64,000 bases of DNA from Bacillota bacterium (GTDB lineage Bacteria; Bacillota; JAAYKD01), in assembly GCA_036744005.1 (NCBI GenBank), contig DAINOJ010000012.1, forward strand, positions 180-64,179, read 5' to 3'. Under the pieces are notes generated by a model that saw only the letters and a list, made by a program, of their open reading frames with translations, was not told where the DNA came from and searched no databases. Of this stretch, positions 9,469 to 18,714 are shown in pieces (the stretch's first letter is position 1; each line of letters opens with the position of its first letter). Position numbers and translations under genes: made by a program.

Positions 9469-10857
9469 TTAGCGATTGGTGACTGCCGCCTGCATCCCCA
9501 AGTAGTCTCCATTCATCATATTATAAAACAATTTGCAGCCGTTGTAAAATTCCACAATCCAAACGGCTTGTGCCTGAGTTTGATTTTCATTAAACAAAAA
9601 TCCTTCGTAAATATCTCGTAAAGGCATTTCTTCTTGTGTTTGGTCCGGAAAGCGAATCTCCCATTGATTCCATACTCCCCACAGGATATAACTCGCACTC
9701 AGCGACAGGAATTGTCGTTGCGACGCCCCCAGAGTGGGTTCTGTAATCGTGAGAGATGTGACCAAACCCCCCTTGCTTTCCACTTGCAGGGTTCCCAAAA
9801 CATTGCGATTCCCTTCGGTCATGTAAATCGGTCTCCCATTGCTCACTAAGGTGTAGTAAGCAGCCGAAGCATTGGTGCCCACCTCCACTCCGTCAAATAA
9901 AATCTCAGACGTCTGTGGCCATAATTGCATGGCATTGAGCTTTTTGCTCATCGCTTGTATGGGTTGGTGATCACTACCAATTTGCTCTGCACTTTGCTTT
10001 AATTCCAATTGTGGAAATACCTTTTCCTCCTCTGATAAGCGCATAGTCCTCAACCCGTCGTAGTAAATGACCGCATTACTAATATCGGTAAAACTGCGAA
10101 TCATGGCGGTATCATCGAAGAACCGCCCGGCCAACACATCCAAATCCAAAGTGATTGGCTTTCCGCTATCTCGCGCTGCAACGTAAGGGTTTTGACGATA
10201 CGAGTAGATGGGATTTGTTGCCACAAAATCGTAAGGTGTGATATCAATTTCGGTCAAAGCATAATAAACACTGTTTTGAGTGACTTCGAGAAGGTTGTAA
10301 ATAACTTCTGCTTGACTGGGCACCGGCAGACGATAAACGAGATGGTTCTCTCCATCTTCTAGTATTACGTAATCATTTTGGTATCCACTAATATAAAGAC
10401 GATTGACCATAGGTAGGTTGGTTTCTTCCCCAATCAATTCAATTTGCAAGACCTCACAGAAATGTTTTAGGGAGATGGGAGCCGGTAAGATCATGTCTAT
10501 ACCCACTTCGGCAAAAGTCCAGCTAGCTTTGTCTACTACAGTCAGATCCTTTGGATCGAGGTGTTCCAAGGTTTTTAGGCTGCCTTTGAGTACCGTACTC
10601 CATATGGTTTGATAATAAGCAGAACTGGAGCGCAATAACGCCAAATCGCCATTGGGCAAATGAGCAATCATACGGGGAGGAGCGATGACGCGAACGGGAT
10701 CTTGATTCAAGCTGGTGGAAGCCGCATTCTCTTCGGGTGCTTGAACTTTTCGATAGGTGTCTTGGCTCTGGTTCATTAAGATGGTAAATTGCCATAAACT
10801 TATAGCAACCAAAACGATAAGCAACGGCGTACGGATTCTCTGCAAAATACGTTCCAT
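9469..10857 (-). CDS. yycH: YycH-like WalK-regulatory protein
   Basis: The call rests on position after walK. Its N-terminal TM anchor is RIRTPLLIVLVAISLW. The start was set to ATG 10857 (M15 of the track ORF), which overlaps the walK stop in typical coupled fashion. Confidence 0.55.
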   Translation of the reverse strand: MERILQRIRTPLLIVLVAISLWQFTILMNQSQDTYRKVQAPEENAASTSLNQDPVRVIAPPRMIAHLPNGDLALLRSSSAYYQTIWSTVLKGSLKTLEHLDPKDLTVVDKASWTFAEVGIDMILPAPISLKHFCEVLQIELIGEETNLPMVNRLYISGYQNDYVILEDGENHLVYRLPVPSQAEVIYNLLEVTQNSVYYALTEIDITPYDFVATNPIYSYRQNPYVAARDSGKPITLDLDVLAGRFFDDTAMIRSFTDISNAVIYYDGLRTMRLSEEEKVFPQLELKQSAEQIGSDHQPIQAMSKKLNAMQLWPQTSEILFDGVEVGTNASAAYYTLVSNGRPIYMTEGNRNVLGTLQVESKGGLVTSLTITEPTLGASQRQFLSLSASYILWGVWNQWEIRFPDQTQEEMPLRDIYEGFLFNENQTQAQAVWIVEFYNGCKLFYNMMNGDYLGMQAAVTNR

Positions 10858-10859
10858 GG

Positions 10860-12800
10860 CTATATCTCCGCTCCGAAGTGCTCGGGCTTGGGGAACCATA
10901 TCCGCACCGTTGTTCCAAATCCATATTCGCTGTCCAAATGTATGCGCCCACCATGACTGTCTACAATTTGGCGAGCAATGGATAAGCCCAGTCCATTTCC
11001 ACCTCGTTCTCTTGAACGAGCTTTATCCACCCGATAAAAGCGTTCGAATAACCGAGCCATTGCCTCTTTGGGGATACCTATCCCAGTATCCTCAACCACA
11101 ATTTCATTACCTTCTTCTCGAGCGGTTAAGGTAAGGGTAATTCTGCCTTTGGCGGGAGTGTACAAATTGGCATTCGCCAAAATATTAATGAGCACTTGTT
11201 GAATTTTATCTTGCGCAGCGTAGATTTTAACTTCGCTTTCCGGCAGTAGTATGCTAAAGTCCTGCTCTTTTGAAGCAAATTGAGGGCTCATGACGTCGGC
11301 AACGTTACGTACAATTTCCTTCAGGTCTTGGATAAAGTATGGTTCGCGTTTAGAAATGCTGTCCAAACGAGTCAAATACAGAAGATCGTTTACCAAACGA
11401 GTCATGCGGTCGGTTTCGTTGATGACAACACCCAAAAAGCGTTGAGCCAGCTCCGGTTCCTCCAATGCGCCATCTTTTAAGGTTTCTACATAGGTTCTCA
11501 CCGTGGTTAAAGGAGTGCGTAGCTCGTGAGAAACATTGGCAACGAAATCGCGGCGCATTTCTTCCAGTTTGTTTTCTTCTGTCATATCCAGCAATACTAT
11601 AACCACCCCGGAGCATTCATTGCTTCTTGTGGAAAAAGGTGCAGCATGTGAGCGCAAAATCAAATCCTCTGCTTCCTGCTGACTTACTTTCACCTCTTTG
11701 GTTACTGTCTCGTTTAACATCAGTGCCTGTCTCCAGGCAAAATCGTAGGTGTCAGGTGGTAACAATTCGTCTAAAGGTCTGTTGGTCGTTTCACCGGAGA
11801 TACGAAACATGGCACTAGCAGCTGGATTCATATGGATGATTTGACCTAGATTGTCAATCGCAATGACACCCTCTGTCATAAAGTTCAACATCGCTTCCAT
11901 TTTGCTTTTTTCATCCGCAATTTCTTCCAAAGTATCGCGCAACCGCAGAGTGAGGGTGTTAAACGTTTTTCCCAGTTCACCAACCTCGTCTTCCGATTGT
12001 ATATTGATTTGACTGTTAAAGTCACCCGCTGCCATTTCTTTCGCTCTTGCGTTGAGGACACGAACCGGGCCGGTAATGGTGCCTGCTAGTCCGGAAGCAA
12101 CCAAGGCGATGATGATCATAGAGCCAAAGGTCGCAGCGACCACCAAAGAACGGACATGACCTAAATTGCTGGCAATGCCACTGATTCCACTTTCAACGTA
12201 AATCAACCCGAGTATGGTCCCCTCATAGCTCACCGGAAACGTGAGAATTTTCATATCCTGAGTGGTTTTGTCCGGCTTTACATATTGAATTCTGGTTTCT
12301 TTGGATTCTCCGCTCAAAAGGGTTTGATTCAATAACGAATAATCTACAAATTCCAAAACATTGATACCTACAGTTTTCGCAACGGGTTTCAAATCGGAAT
12401 CCAGAACTGCCAGTTGAAAACTATCTCCCTGAGTCTCTCGCTCCAACGGAGCGGAAGCCCGAACTAAAATGCTGAGATTTTCCTGTAACACCACCATGGT
12501 TGCTGCAAAATCATCTCGCTGCTTCTGCAAAGCTGCTAGTGCTGCCGGTGAATAGGCTTCATCGGCTTTCATCTCTGTGATTTGACGGTCTAAATCCTTG
12601 AGCGTGCGATCGCGTAGCAAAAATTCCCGGGCCGAGAATTGCAGGGGAAATGTTGCCTGCTCCATGGTCCGGGTATGCGTTTCGTTATAAAAGCTTTCCA
12701 GGCTAACCCATAGATATAGCCCTATAAAAAGCATGGCTGCCATCATGAGGAATAACATAATCACAATCATGCGACTGCGGATCGATTTAAACCAACTCAT
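10860..12800 (-). CDS. walK: Cell-wall-homeostasis sensor histidine kinase WalK
   Basis: 646-aa ORF with two TM segments around an extracellular loop, then HAMP, PAS, a HisKA H-box (SHELRTPLTT) and HATPase_c N/G boxes. It sits directly downstream of walR. Confidence 0.85.
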   Translation of the reverse strand: MSWFKSIRSRMIVIMLFLMMAAMLFIGLYLWVSLESFYNETHTRTMEQATFPLQFSAREFLLRDRTLKDLDRQITEMKADEAYSPAALAALQKQRDDFAATMVVLQENLSILVRASAPLERETQGDSFQLAVLDSDLKPVAKTVGINVLEFVDYSLLNQTLLSGESKETRIQYVKPDKTTQDMKILTFPVSYEGTILGLIYVESGISGIASNLGHVRSLVVAATFGSMIIIALVASGLAGTITGPVRVLNARAKEMAAGDFNSQINIQSEDEVGELGKTFNTLTLRLRDTLEEIADEKSKMEAMLNFMTEGVIAIDNLGQIIHMNPAASAMFRISGETTNRPLDELLPPDTYDFAWRQALMLNETVTKEVKVSQQEAEDLILRSHAAPFSTRSNECSGVVIVLLDMTEENKLEEMRRDFVANVSHELRTPLTTVRTYVETLKDGALEEPELAQRFLGVVINETDRMTRLVNDLLYLTRLDSISKREPYFIQDLKEIVRNVADVMSPQFASKEQDFSILLPESEVKIYAAQDKIQQVLINILANANLYTPAKGRITLTLTAREEGNEIVVEDTGIGIPKEAMARLFERFYRVDKARSRERGGNGLGLSIARQIVDSHGGRIHLDSEYGFGTTVRIWFPKPEHFGAEI

Positions 12801-12824
12801 GGATTGTCGCCCCTTTATTTCGCG

Positions 12825-13541
12825 TTACGAGCCTTTCGGGTTGAATAAATACCCGACTCCGCGACGGGTTTCAATGTATTGGGGGGAAGAAGGGTCGATT
12901 TCCACTTTTTCACGAAGCCTTCGCACCGTGACGTCGACGGTACGACCGTCGCCAAAAAACTCAAATCCCCATACCTTTTGTAACAATTCATCTCTGGAAA
13001 ACACCCGCCCGCTGTTTTGAGCCAGGAATTTTAGTAATTCAAACTCGCGAAGGGTCAAGTCCAGTTTTTTACCAGAGCGCCGAGCTTCCACTAAATCTAA
13101 ATCAATAATCAATTCGCTAAACTCCAAACAATTGGATTGCACTTCACCGCTTGCTGTCACCGTGGGCATGCCGAATCCTTTGCTACGGCGTAAAAAGGCC
13201 TTGATTCTTGCCGATAATTCCCGGACACTAAAAGGTTTGGTAATGTAATCGTCTGCACCGGCGTTTAATCCGTTGACTAAGTCCAATTCGTTATCCTTCG
13301 CTGTTAACATGATGATGGGTATGGTCAAATCTTTGCGTAATTGCCGGCACACACTCACTCCGTCCAACTTAGGTAGCATGATGTCCAACAGAATCAGCTC
13401 CGGCTGAAATTCGGAAGCCATAGTAAGTGCGTCTTCACCATCGTAGGCAATTTCCACCCGATAACCATCTTTTTCGAGATTGTACTTAATAATCTCTGCA
13501 ATGGGTTTTTCGTCTTCCACTACTAAAATTCGTTCTGCCAT
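12825..13541 (-). CDS. walR: OmpR-family response regulator WalR
   Basis: Receiver domain (ILVVEDE..D..LLD..LP) followed by a winged-helix domain. The start was set to M10 (MAERIL...), which has the RBS AAGGAGGTG 9 nt upstream and gives a 238-aa protein. Confidence 0.9.
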   Translation of the reverse strand: MAERILVVEDEKPIAEIIKYNLEKDGYRVEIAYDGEDALTMASEFQPELILLDIMLPKLDGVSVCRQLRKDLTIPIIMLTAKDNELDLVNGLNAGADDYITKPFSVRELSARIKAFLRRSKGFGMPTVTASGEVQSNCLEFSELIIDLDLVEARRSGKKLDLTLREFELLKFLAQNSGRVFSRDELLQKVWGFEFFGDGRTVDVTVRRLREKVEIDPSSPQYIETRRGVGYLFNPKGS

Positions 13542-13604
13542 TTGGGGTAACACCTCCTTGAACTGCAAAGGTAATATTTCGCGATGCAGGGACTTCTTCC
13601 CTTC

Positions 13605-13643
13605 TTATATAAAAAACCGGCAACCTTTTCTCAAGGTTGCCGG
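13605..13643 (-). terminator. Rho-independent terminator between the M23 peptidase gene and walR
   Basis: Perfect 11-bp stem CCGGCAACCTT / AAGGTTGCCGG (13617-13643) is followed on the minus strand by UUUUUUAUAU. Confidence 0.7.
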
Positions 13644-13657
13644 ACTTTCTGCGGTAG

Positions 13658-15070
13658 TTATGGCAAATAGTAATAGGGATTGACGCGTGCACCATTGACA
13701 TGAATTTCAAAATGCAAATGCGTTCCAAAGCTATAGCCGGTATTGCCTTCAATACCAATGGCATCACCTTGCCGCACCGCCTGACCATATGAAACCAAAA
13801 TCGAACTCAAATGCCCGTAACGGGTGACATAGCCATTGTTATGGTTAATTGTCACAAAATATCCTAACCCGAAATAATCGTATCCGGCATCTGTGACAAC
13901 TCCAGAGTCCGCAGCCATAACCGTTCCACGACCATACCCGGAAGCAATATCAATACCACGATGATATCCATATTCATACCAGCCATACCCTGCGGTGACA
14001 TTCCCCCACATAGGCCAAATAAAGGTGCCTGTTCCAACTCCATAGGGGATTTGGGTTCCTTTGACGATGACTCGAGTAACGGGTTCTTGAATAATATTCA
14101 AACCCAATGAGACTCGGCTTACTTCTTCGCCGTTTTGGCGAACGATGGCAAACTCCTCTGCCTTAAGCCCGTTTTGTCCAGCCACAAGTTCTTGGACATC
14201 GGTCACATACAGGTTGTCTGAGTAACGCGTCTCGGTTTCATACGGTATGACCGATTCTTCACGAGTGGTTTCATTGGTCACAACCCCTACAATAGGTTCT
14301 GCTTGAGTAATGACCAACTGATCGCCAGGTTGCAAATAAGCCGCTTCCGGATTCTTTGCCAAGAGTTCGTCCACACTAATAGATTGAGACATCGCAATGT
14401 CCCATAAGGTGTCCCCGGCTGCAATGGTCACGACTTGTCGCTTTTCGGAACCGGAAACCATGAGTGAGGTGGCTTCGCTAATGGTTTTGATATTGCTTAG
14501 TTCAACCACTTCTCGACGAACTGTTAATTCGTCCGTGAATTGCGCTTGTAAGGTTTCGATGCCTTTGTTATTACCCGTGTAGAACATCTTAACATTATCT
14601 AATACCTGATTCACATCTGCAGACGTTGCTAAAGCAATAGAGACTTTATCGGCGACACGAATCACCGAGGCTTGGGCTTTCACCGTCACATGTTGTAGTA
14701 ACTCGGTTTTCAACTGTTCTACACTAGTTAAACTACTTTTTTGACGAATCGGATAATACGAAACAGCCGGGTCTATGACCAGTTGATAAGGTGCATCACC
14801 TTTCTTTTCAGAAAGGTAATCCTTCACAATTTGTTCCACCACAGCGGTAGAACGCACCGTTCCTATAGTTGCATCTTCTACCCGAACTTGGTAGACAACG
14901 CGTGGGAATGCGGCTCCCGCCATAATGAAGCTAGTCATTAGTACGGCGACAAGGGTATGCGCGATTCTCTTTTGCCTAGAGTAATAAGAGTAACGCAACT
15001 TTTGCCAAAGTAATTTTTGTTGATTCCAAATCGGTTGGACAATTCTCTTCTTTGCGAGCTTACGCTCCAT
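13658..15070 (-). CDS. LysM-domain M23 family metallopeptidase (membrane-anchored cell wall hydrolase)
   Basis: LysM motif (GDTLWDIAMSQSISVDELLAKNP). C-terminal M23 signature (HRGIDIA...NTGYSFGTHLHFEI). Single TM anchor. The start is uncertain: 15070 (M55) is chosen because a WalR box lies inside the longer 15232 ORF version. Confidence 0.7.
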   Translation of the reverse strand: MERKLAKKRIVQPIWNQQKLLWQKLRYSYYSRQKRIAHTLVAVLMTSFIMAGAAFPRVVYQVRVEDATIGTVRSTAVVEQIVKDYLSEKKGDAPYQLVIDPAVSYYPIRQKSSLTSVEQLKTELLQHVTVKAQASVIRVADKVSIALATSADVNQVLDNVKMFYTGNNKGIETLQAQFTDELTVRREVVELSNIKTISEATSLMVSGSEKRQVVTIAAGDTLWDIAMSQSISVDELLAKNPEAAYLQPGDQLVITQAEPIVGVVTNETTREESVIPYETETRYSDNLYVTDVQELVAGQNGLKAEEFAIVRQNGEEVSRVSLGLNIIQEPVTRVIVKGTQIPYGVGTGTFIWPMWGNVTAGYGWYEYGYHRGIDIASGYGRGTVMAADSGVVTDAGYDYFGLGYFVTINHNNGYVTRYGHLSSILVSYGQAVRQGDAIGIEGNTGYSFGTHLHFEIHVNGARVNPYYYLP

Positions 15071-15205
15071 AATAGCCAATTCAGGAGAAAGGATGTGGTC
15101 CAGGGTTCTTCTGACTTGCCGCAGTCCTTCTCTTATAAAGTTTTGAATCAAAAGGAAAGACCCCCTTTGGCGGATACGCATCAGCATGCGACATTCTGGA
15201 TTGAT

Positions 15206-15222
15206 TGTAACCTGATTGTAAT
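15206..15222 (+). promoter_or_regulatory. Consensus WalR binding site (TGTWAH-N5-TGTWAH) upstream of the M23/LysM peptidase gene
   Basis: Exact direct repeat TGTAAC ctgat TGTAAT sits about 140 nt upstream of the proposed start codon of the minus-strand peptidase gene. Confidence 0.5.
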
Positions 15223-15647
15223 GAAAAATCAAGCTTTTTGTTCTTTTTCAGTAGAGGATGATGGCTCAAAAAAATTTAACTGTCCTTGCGCTAAAATTCA
15301 GCTTATTTTCGGCGCATAAAACGCTTATACCTTAATTTTAACCGGATAAAATGAAACATCAAAACGAAATTTAGGATGTTTATGACATGATTTTTCGAAT
15401 CACAAACATGCCTACCGAATCTGCCCAGCTGTATTTATTTGTAGATTTTTGTGACATAAGCAATATGGACTCTCTCGCATACTCTGAAGAACAAAAAAAT
15501 TATCATTACAATCTGGTCATATTTCTGTAATAATTGACTTTTGATTGTTCGCCACCCCATATTTAGCTGTATTTGACTTGTGACTTCAAAAAATTTACTA
15601 TATATGGTGTTGAATGTTTATTTCCTTCCTCCACCTTGAATTTAGGT

Positions 15648-15683
15648 ATAAAAAAAGCAGAGTCATCTGAACGATGACTCTGC
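15648..15683 (-). terminator. Rho-independent terminator downstream of the tRNA-Thr/tRNA-Gly pair
   Basis: Perfect 11-bp stem GCAGAGTCATC / GATGACTCTGC is followed on the minus strand by a 7-U tract (plus-strand A-run 15650-15656). Confidence 0.7.
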
Positions 15684-15688
15684 ACTCT

Positions 15689-15763
15689 TGGAGCGGAAGA
15701 CGGGATTCGAACCCGCAACATTCAGCTTGGGAAGCTGACGCTCTACCGTTGAACTACTTCCGC
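15689..15763 (-). tRNA. tRNA-Gly (anticodon CCC)
   Basis: Reverse complement is GCGGAAGTAGTTCAACGGTAGAGCGTCAGCTTCCCAAGCTGAATGTTGCGGGTTCGAATCCCGTCTTCCGCTCCA. It folds as a cloverleaf with anticodon loop UUCCCAA, a TTCGAATCC T-arm and an encoded CCA. Confidence 0.85.
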
Positions 15764-15769
15764 ATAATT

Positions 15770-15844
15770 TGGAGCCAGTGATAGGATTCGAACCTACAAC
15801 CTACTGATTACAAATCAGTTGCGCTGCCGTTGCGCCACACTGGC
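15770..15844 (-). tRNA. tRNA-Thr (anticodon TGT)
   Basis: Reverse complement is GCCAGTGTGGCGCAACGGCAGCGCAACTGATTTGTAATCAGTAGGTTGTAGGTTCGAATCCTATCACTGGCTCCA. Anticodon loop is UUUGUAA; T-loop GGTTCGAATCC; CCA is encoded. Confidence 0.8.
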
Positions 15845-16005
15845 TTGCCTCATGGACAAGCTATAATATATCCAAAAACGTCGTATCTGTCAAGTGAGTT
15901 TTTCACTAGGACAATTTTCCATAACTTTCTTTATCTGAACCTTTCCATTAGTAACCGCTTTGTGGTATACTGTGCTTTGGATATTTGTAAAGGGAAGTGA
16001 TCTAA

Positions 16006-16746
16006 TTGAAGCGAAATCGAATTCTTTCCTGGCTCGGGTTCAGCCTAGTATTGTCGTTGCTGTTTTCCGAATCCTTTCTAGCAGCAGTCAGCCTGCGAAA
16101 GAGAGACGATTCTCTACAATTACCCGACCGTCCTGCTTTAGCTATAAAACATAAGCCGCAGCGAACTGCTCAGGATTTTTTGATGGCCGAAACCAAAGAG
16201 ACCAGCGAACATTCTTTTTTTCAAACCGCTGCCTTTATCGGGGATTCGATTACCCAAGGGTTAACCCTCTTGGAGGCCTTCGATACCCGTCCCATCATGG
16301 CCAATTTGGGCTTAACTTTAGCCAAAGCCAAAAACAACCTGGAAGATTGGAAAGCAGATCGTGTGGAAACTATTTTTATTCTCTTGGGTATTAATGATAT
16401 GACGTACTATGATATGGACATCGAAACCTATATCACTCGATACGATGATTTGCTGAGTGCACTACGAGAACGTTTTCCAACGGCCGTTCTTGTGGTTCAA
16501 TCCATACTACCTGTAGCAAGCACTTATAATCACCCCAAAATCAACAACGAGATCATCACTACCTTTAATGCTGCTTTGAAAGAATATTGTTTGCAACACG
16601 AGGTTTTGTTTGCAGAAATATGTCAACCCTTCTGTTTGGAAGATGGTAGCCTAAATCCGAATTTCAGTCCCGATGGTTTACATTTATTCTACCAATTCTA
16701 CGGAGCTTGGCTGGCTCAATTGGAGTACATCGTCGAGTATTCTTAA
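16006..16746 (+). CDS. Secreted SGNH/GDSL-type hydrolase or acyltransferase (PatB/AlgX-like candidate)
   Basis: TTG start. It has a signal peptide, the GDSIT block I motif, and DGLH near the C-terminus (block V DxxH). It lies immediately upstream of the MBOAT and DHHW genes. Confidence 0.65.
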   Translation: MKRNRILSWLGFSLVLSLLFSESFLAAVSLRKRDDSLQLPDRPALAIKHKPQRTAQDFLMAETKETSEHSFFQTAAFIGDSITQGLTLLEAFDTRPIMANLGLTLAKAKNNLEDWKADRVETIFILLGINDMTYYDMDIETYITRYDDLLSALRERFPTAVLVVQSILPVASTYNHPKINNEIITTFNAALKEYCLQHEVLFAEICQPFCLEDGSLNPNFSPDGLHLFYQFYGAWLAQLEYIVEYS

Positions 16747-16774
16747 TAGGTCTTTAGAAGAAAGGTGGTCGCAC

Positions 16775-17281
16775 ATGAGACATACTTCACGTTGGATTCT
16801 TTTTCTTGTTTTTGCCCTTTTGCTCTCAGGCTGCCAACAGACCGTCCAGGAACCACCGACGACACCAACACTCGAGCAAAATGAACCCAAATTAGGCCAT
16901 CTCGCCGAACAGTTGCTCAAAGTCGGAAAGTTCCCGGAAATGTTAGCGTTAAGCTCTTCTCGTTTAAGCAAGTTTTACGATATTGACGCCTCTCTTTTAG
17001 ACTCCTTTGCTATTTATGTTTGCGCAGAAGCGATTATCAGCGATGAAATCATTCTGGTTCGTGCCAAAAACGAATCGGATGTCAAGGATATCCAAAAGAA
17101 AATCGAGAAGCGCCTTGCCACTCAGAAAGAGAGCTTTGATAGCTATTTGCCGGCAGAAGGTGAGAAAATTGCCCAGGTTGTGTCGCATGCAAGTGGCAGA
17201 GATCTAGTCTATATTGTTTGTGCCAAAGATCAAATTGAACCACTCTCAAAGCTCATTGAACAGGCATATCAGAACAAATAA
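16775..17281 (+). CDS. Lipoprotein of unknown function (DUF4358-like)
   Basis: Start moved to ATG 16775 (RBS AAAGGTGG), giving MRHTSRWILFLVFALLLSGCQQ with an LSGC lipobox. It is about 168 aa. Confidence 0.5.
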   Translation: MRHTSRWILFLVFALLLSGCQQTVQEPPTTPTLEQNEPKLGHLAEQLLKVGKFPEMLALSSSRLSKFYDIDASLLDSFAIYVCAEAIISDEIILVRAKNESDVKDIQKKIEKRLATQKESFDSYLPAEGEKIAQVVSHASGRDLVYIVCAKDQIEPLSKLIEQAYQNK

Positions 17282-17297
17282 ATGAGGTGCAGCCCAC

Positions 17298-18704
17298 ATG
17301 GTCTTTTCCAGTTTGTTGTTTTTGTTTTGCTACTTACCGATTGTTTTAGCCACCTACTACATAATACCTCGGTCTTGGCGTAATGCTTTTTTATTTTTCG
17401 CCAGTTTGTTTTTTTATGCCTGGGGAGAACCGGTTTACATCATAATCATGTTGGTGTCAACGATTTTTGATTATTGCAATGGCTTACTCCTAGGTTTATT
17501 TGAAGGTCAAAAGCGCAAGCAACAAGCGGTGGTGGCCATGGCGGTGATTGGGAACCTTGCCATATTGGGCTTTTTTAAATATGCGGACTTTGTCCTACAA
17601 AATGTAAATTTGCTCCTTGGTTGGAACATACCTTTATTGAATATTCCTTTACCCATCGGTGTTTCTTTTTACACCTTCCAAACCATGTCGTACAGTATCG
17701 ATGTCTACCGAAAAGAAGCTCCGATTCAGCGGAATATCCTGTCCTTTGGTGCGTATGTCGTTCTCTTTCCGCAACTCATTGCCGGACCTATTGTACGATA
17801 CAAAGATATCGCCGAAGCCTTGGATCATCGAGTTGAGAACTTAGGTCGCTTTACCGAAGGCATTGAGCGTTTCATGGTCGGCTTAGTTAAAAAAGTGCTT
17901 TTAGCGAATAACATTGGCTTGTTATGGGATAAGGTAAAACTATTGCCCCTATCCGAACAGTCTGTCTTAACCTCCTGGCTAGGCATCTTGGCATTTACTT
18001 TCCAAATATACTTTGACTTTTCGGGGTACTCCGATATGGCAATTGGCTTAGGAAAAATGCTGGGTTTTGATTTTCCCGAGAACTTCAATTTCCCCTACAT
18101 TAGCAAAAGCATTACGGAATTTTGGCGTCGCTGGCATATTTCGTTGGGTACCTGGTTTCGAGAATATGTCTACATACCCTTGGGGGGGAATCGAGTTCGT
18201 TTATCCCGTCAAATGTTCAATATTTTTGCCGTCTGGGCTTTAACCGGTTTGTGGCATGGAGCCAGTTGGAACTATGTTCTTTGGGGACTTTATTACTTTT
18301 TGCTACTCATTATTGAAAAATTCTTCTTAGGGAGTTTCCTAAAACGCATACCCTCCGTTTTCTCTGTCGCTTACACGTTGTTTTTTGCCATGTTAGGGTG
18401 GGTCATCTTTGCCATAGAAGATGTTTCTCAAATCGGAACATATTTAGCAAAATTGTTCGGTTTTGGCGGCGTACCACTGGTCTCCGGAGAGGGTTTGTTT
18501 TATGCGACCGCTTATTTACCTCTTTTACTGATTTGCGCACTCGCTTCCACTCCGTTTTTTGCACGCATGCATTCCCACTTGAAAGTGACTCGACCCATAT
18601 GGTTAACCCCAGCAACCGTAGTAGTTTTAGCCTTTTCTTTTCTTTTGAGTACGGCTTATTTGGTGGATTCCACCTATAATCCCTTCTTGTATTTCCGCTT
18701 TTAG
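17298..18704 (+). CDS. MBOAT family membrane-bound O-acyltransferase (AlgI/DltB/PatA-like)
   Basis: 468-aa polytopic membrane protein. Conserved MBOAT region around FWRRWHISLGTWFREYVYIPLGGN includes the catalytic His. Confidence 0.85.
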   Translation: MVFSSLLFLFCYLPIVLATYYIIPRSWRNAFLFFASLFFYAWGEPVYIIIMLVSTIFDYCNGLLLGLFEGQKRKQQAVVAMAVIGNLAILGFFKYADFVLQNVNLLLGWNIPLLNIPLPIGVSFYTFQTMSYSIDVYRKEAPIQRNILSFGAYVVLFPQLIAGPIVRYKDIAEALDHRVENLGRFTEGIERFMVGLVKKVLLANNIGLLWDKVKLLPLSEQSVLTSWLGILAFTFQIYFDFSGYSDMAIGLGKMLGFDFPENFNFPYISKSITEFWRRWHISLGTWFREYVYIPLGGNRVRLSRQMFNIFAVWALTGLWHGASWNYVLWGLYYFLLLIIEKFFLGSFLKRIPSVFSVAYTLFFAMLGWVIFAIEDVSQIGTYLAKLFGFGGVPLVSGEGLFYATAYLPLLLICALASTPFFARMHSHLKVTRPIWLTPATVVVLAFSFLLSTAYLVDSTYNPFLYFRF

Positions 18705-18714
18705 GGAGGGTAAG

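Noticed and set aside
10523-11134. ORFs 10523..10954 (-) and 10757..11134 (+) of 125-143 aa
   Set aside because: They overlap walK and yycH in other frames or the opposite strand. Both real genes are continuous and conserved, so these are spurious.
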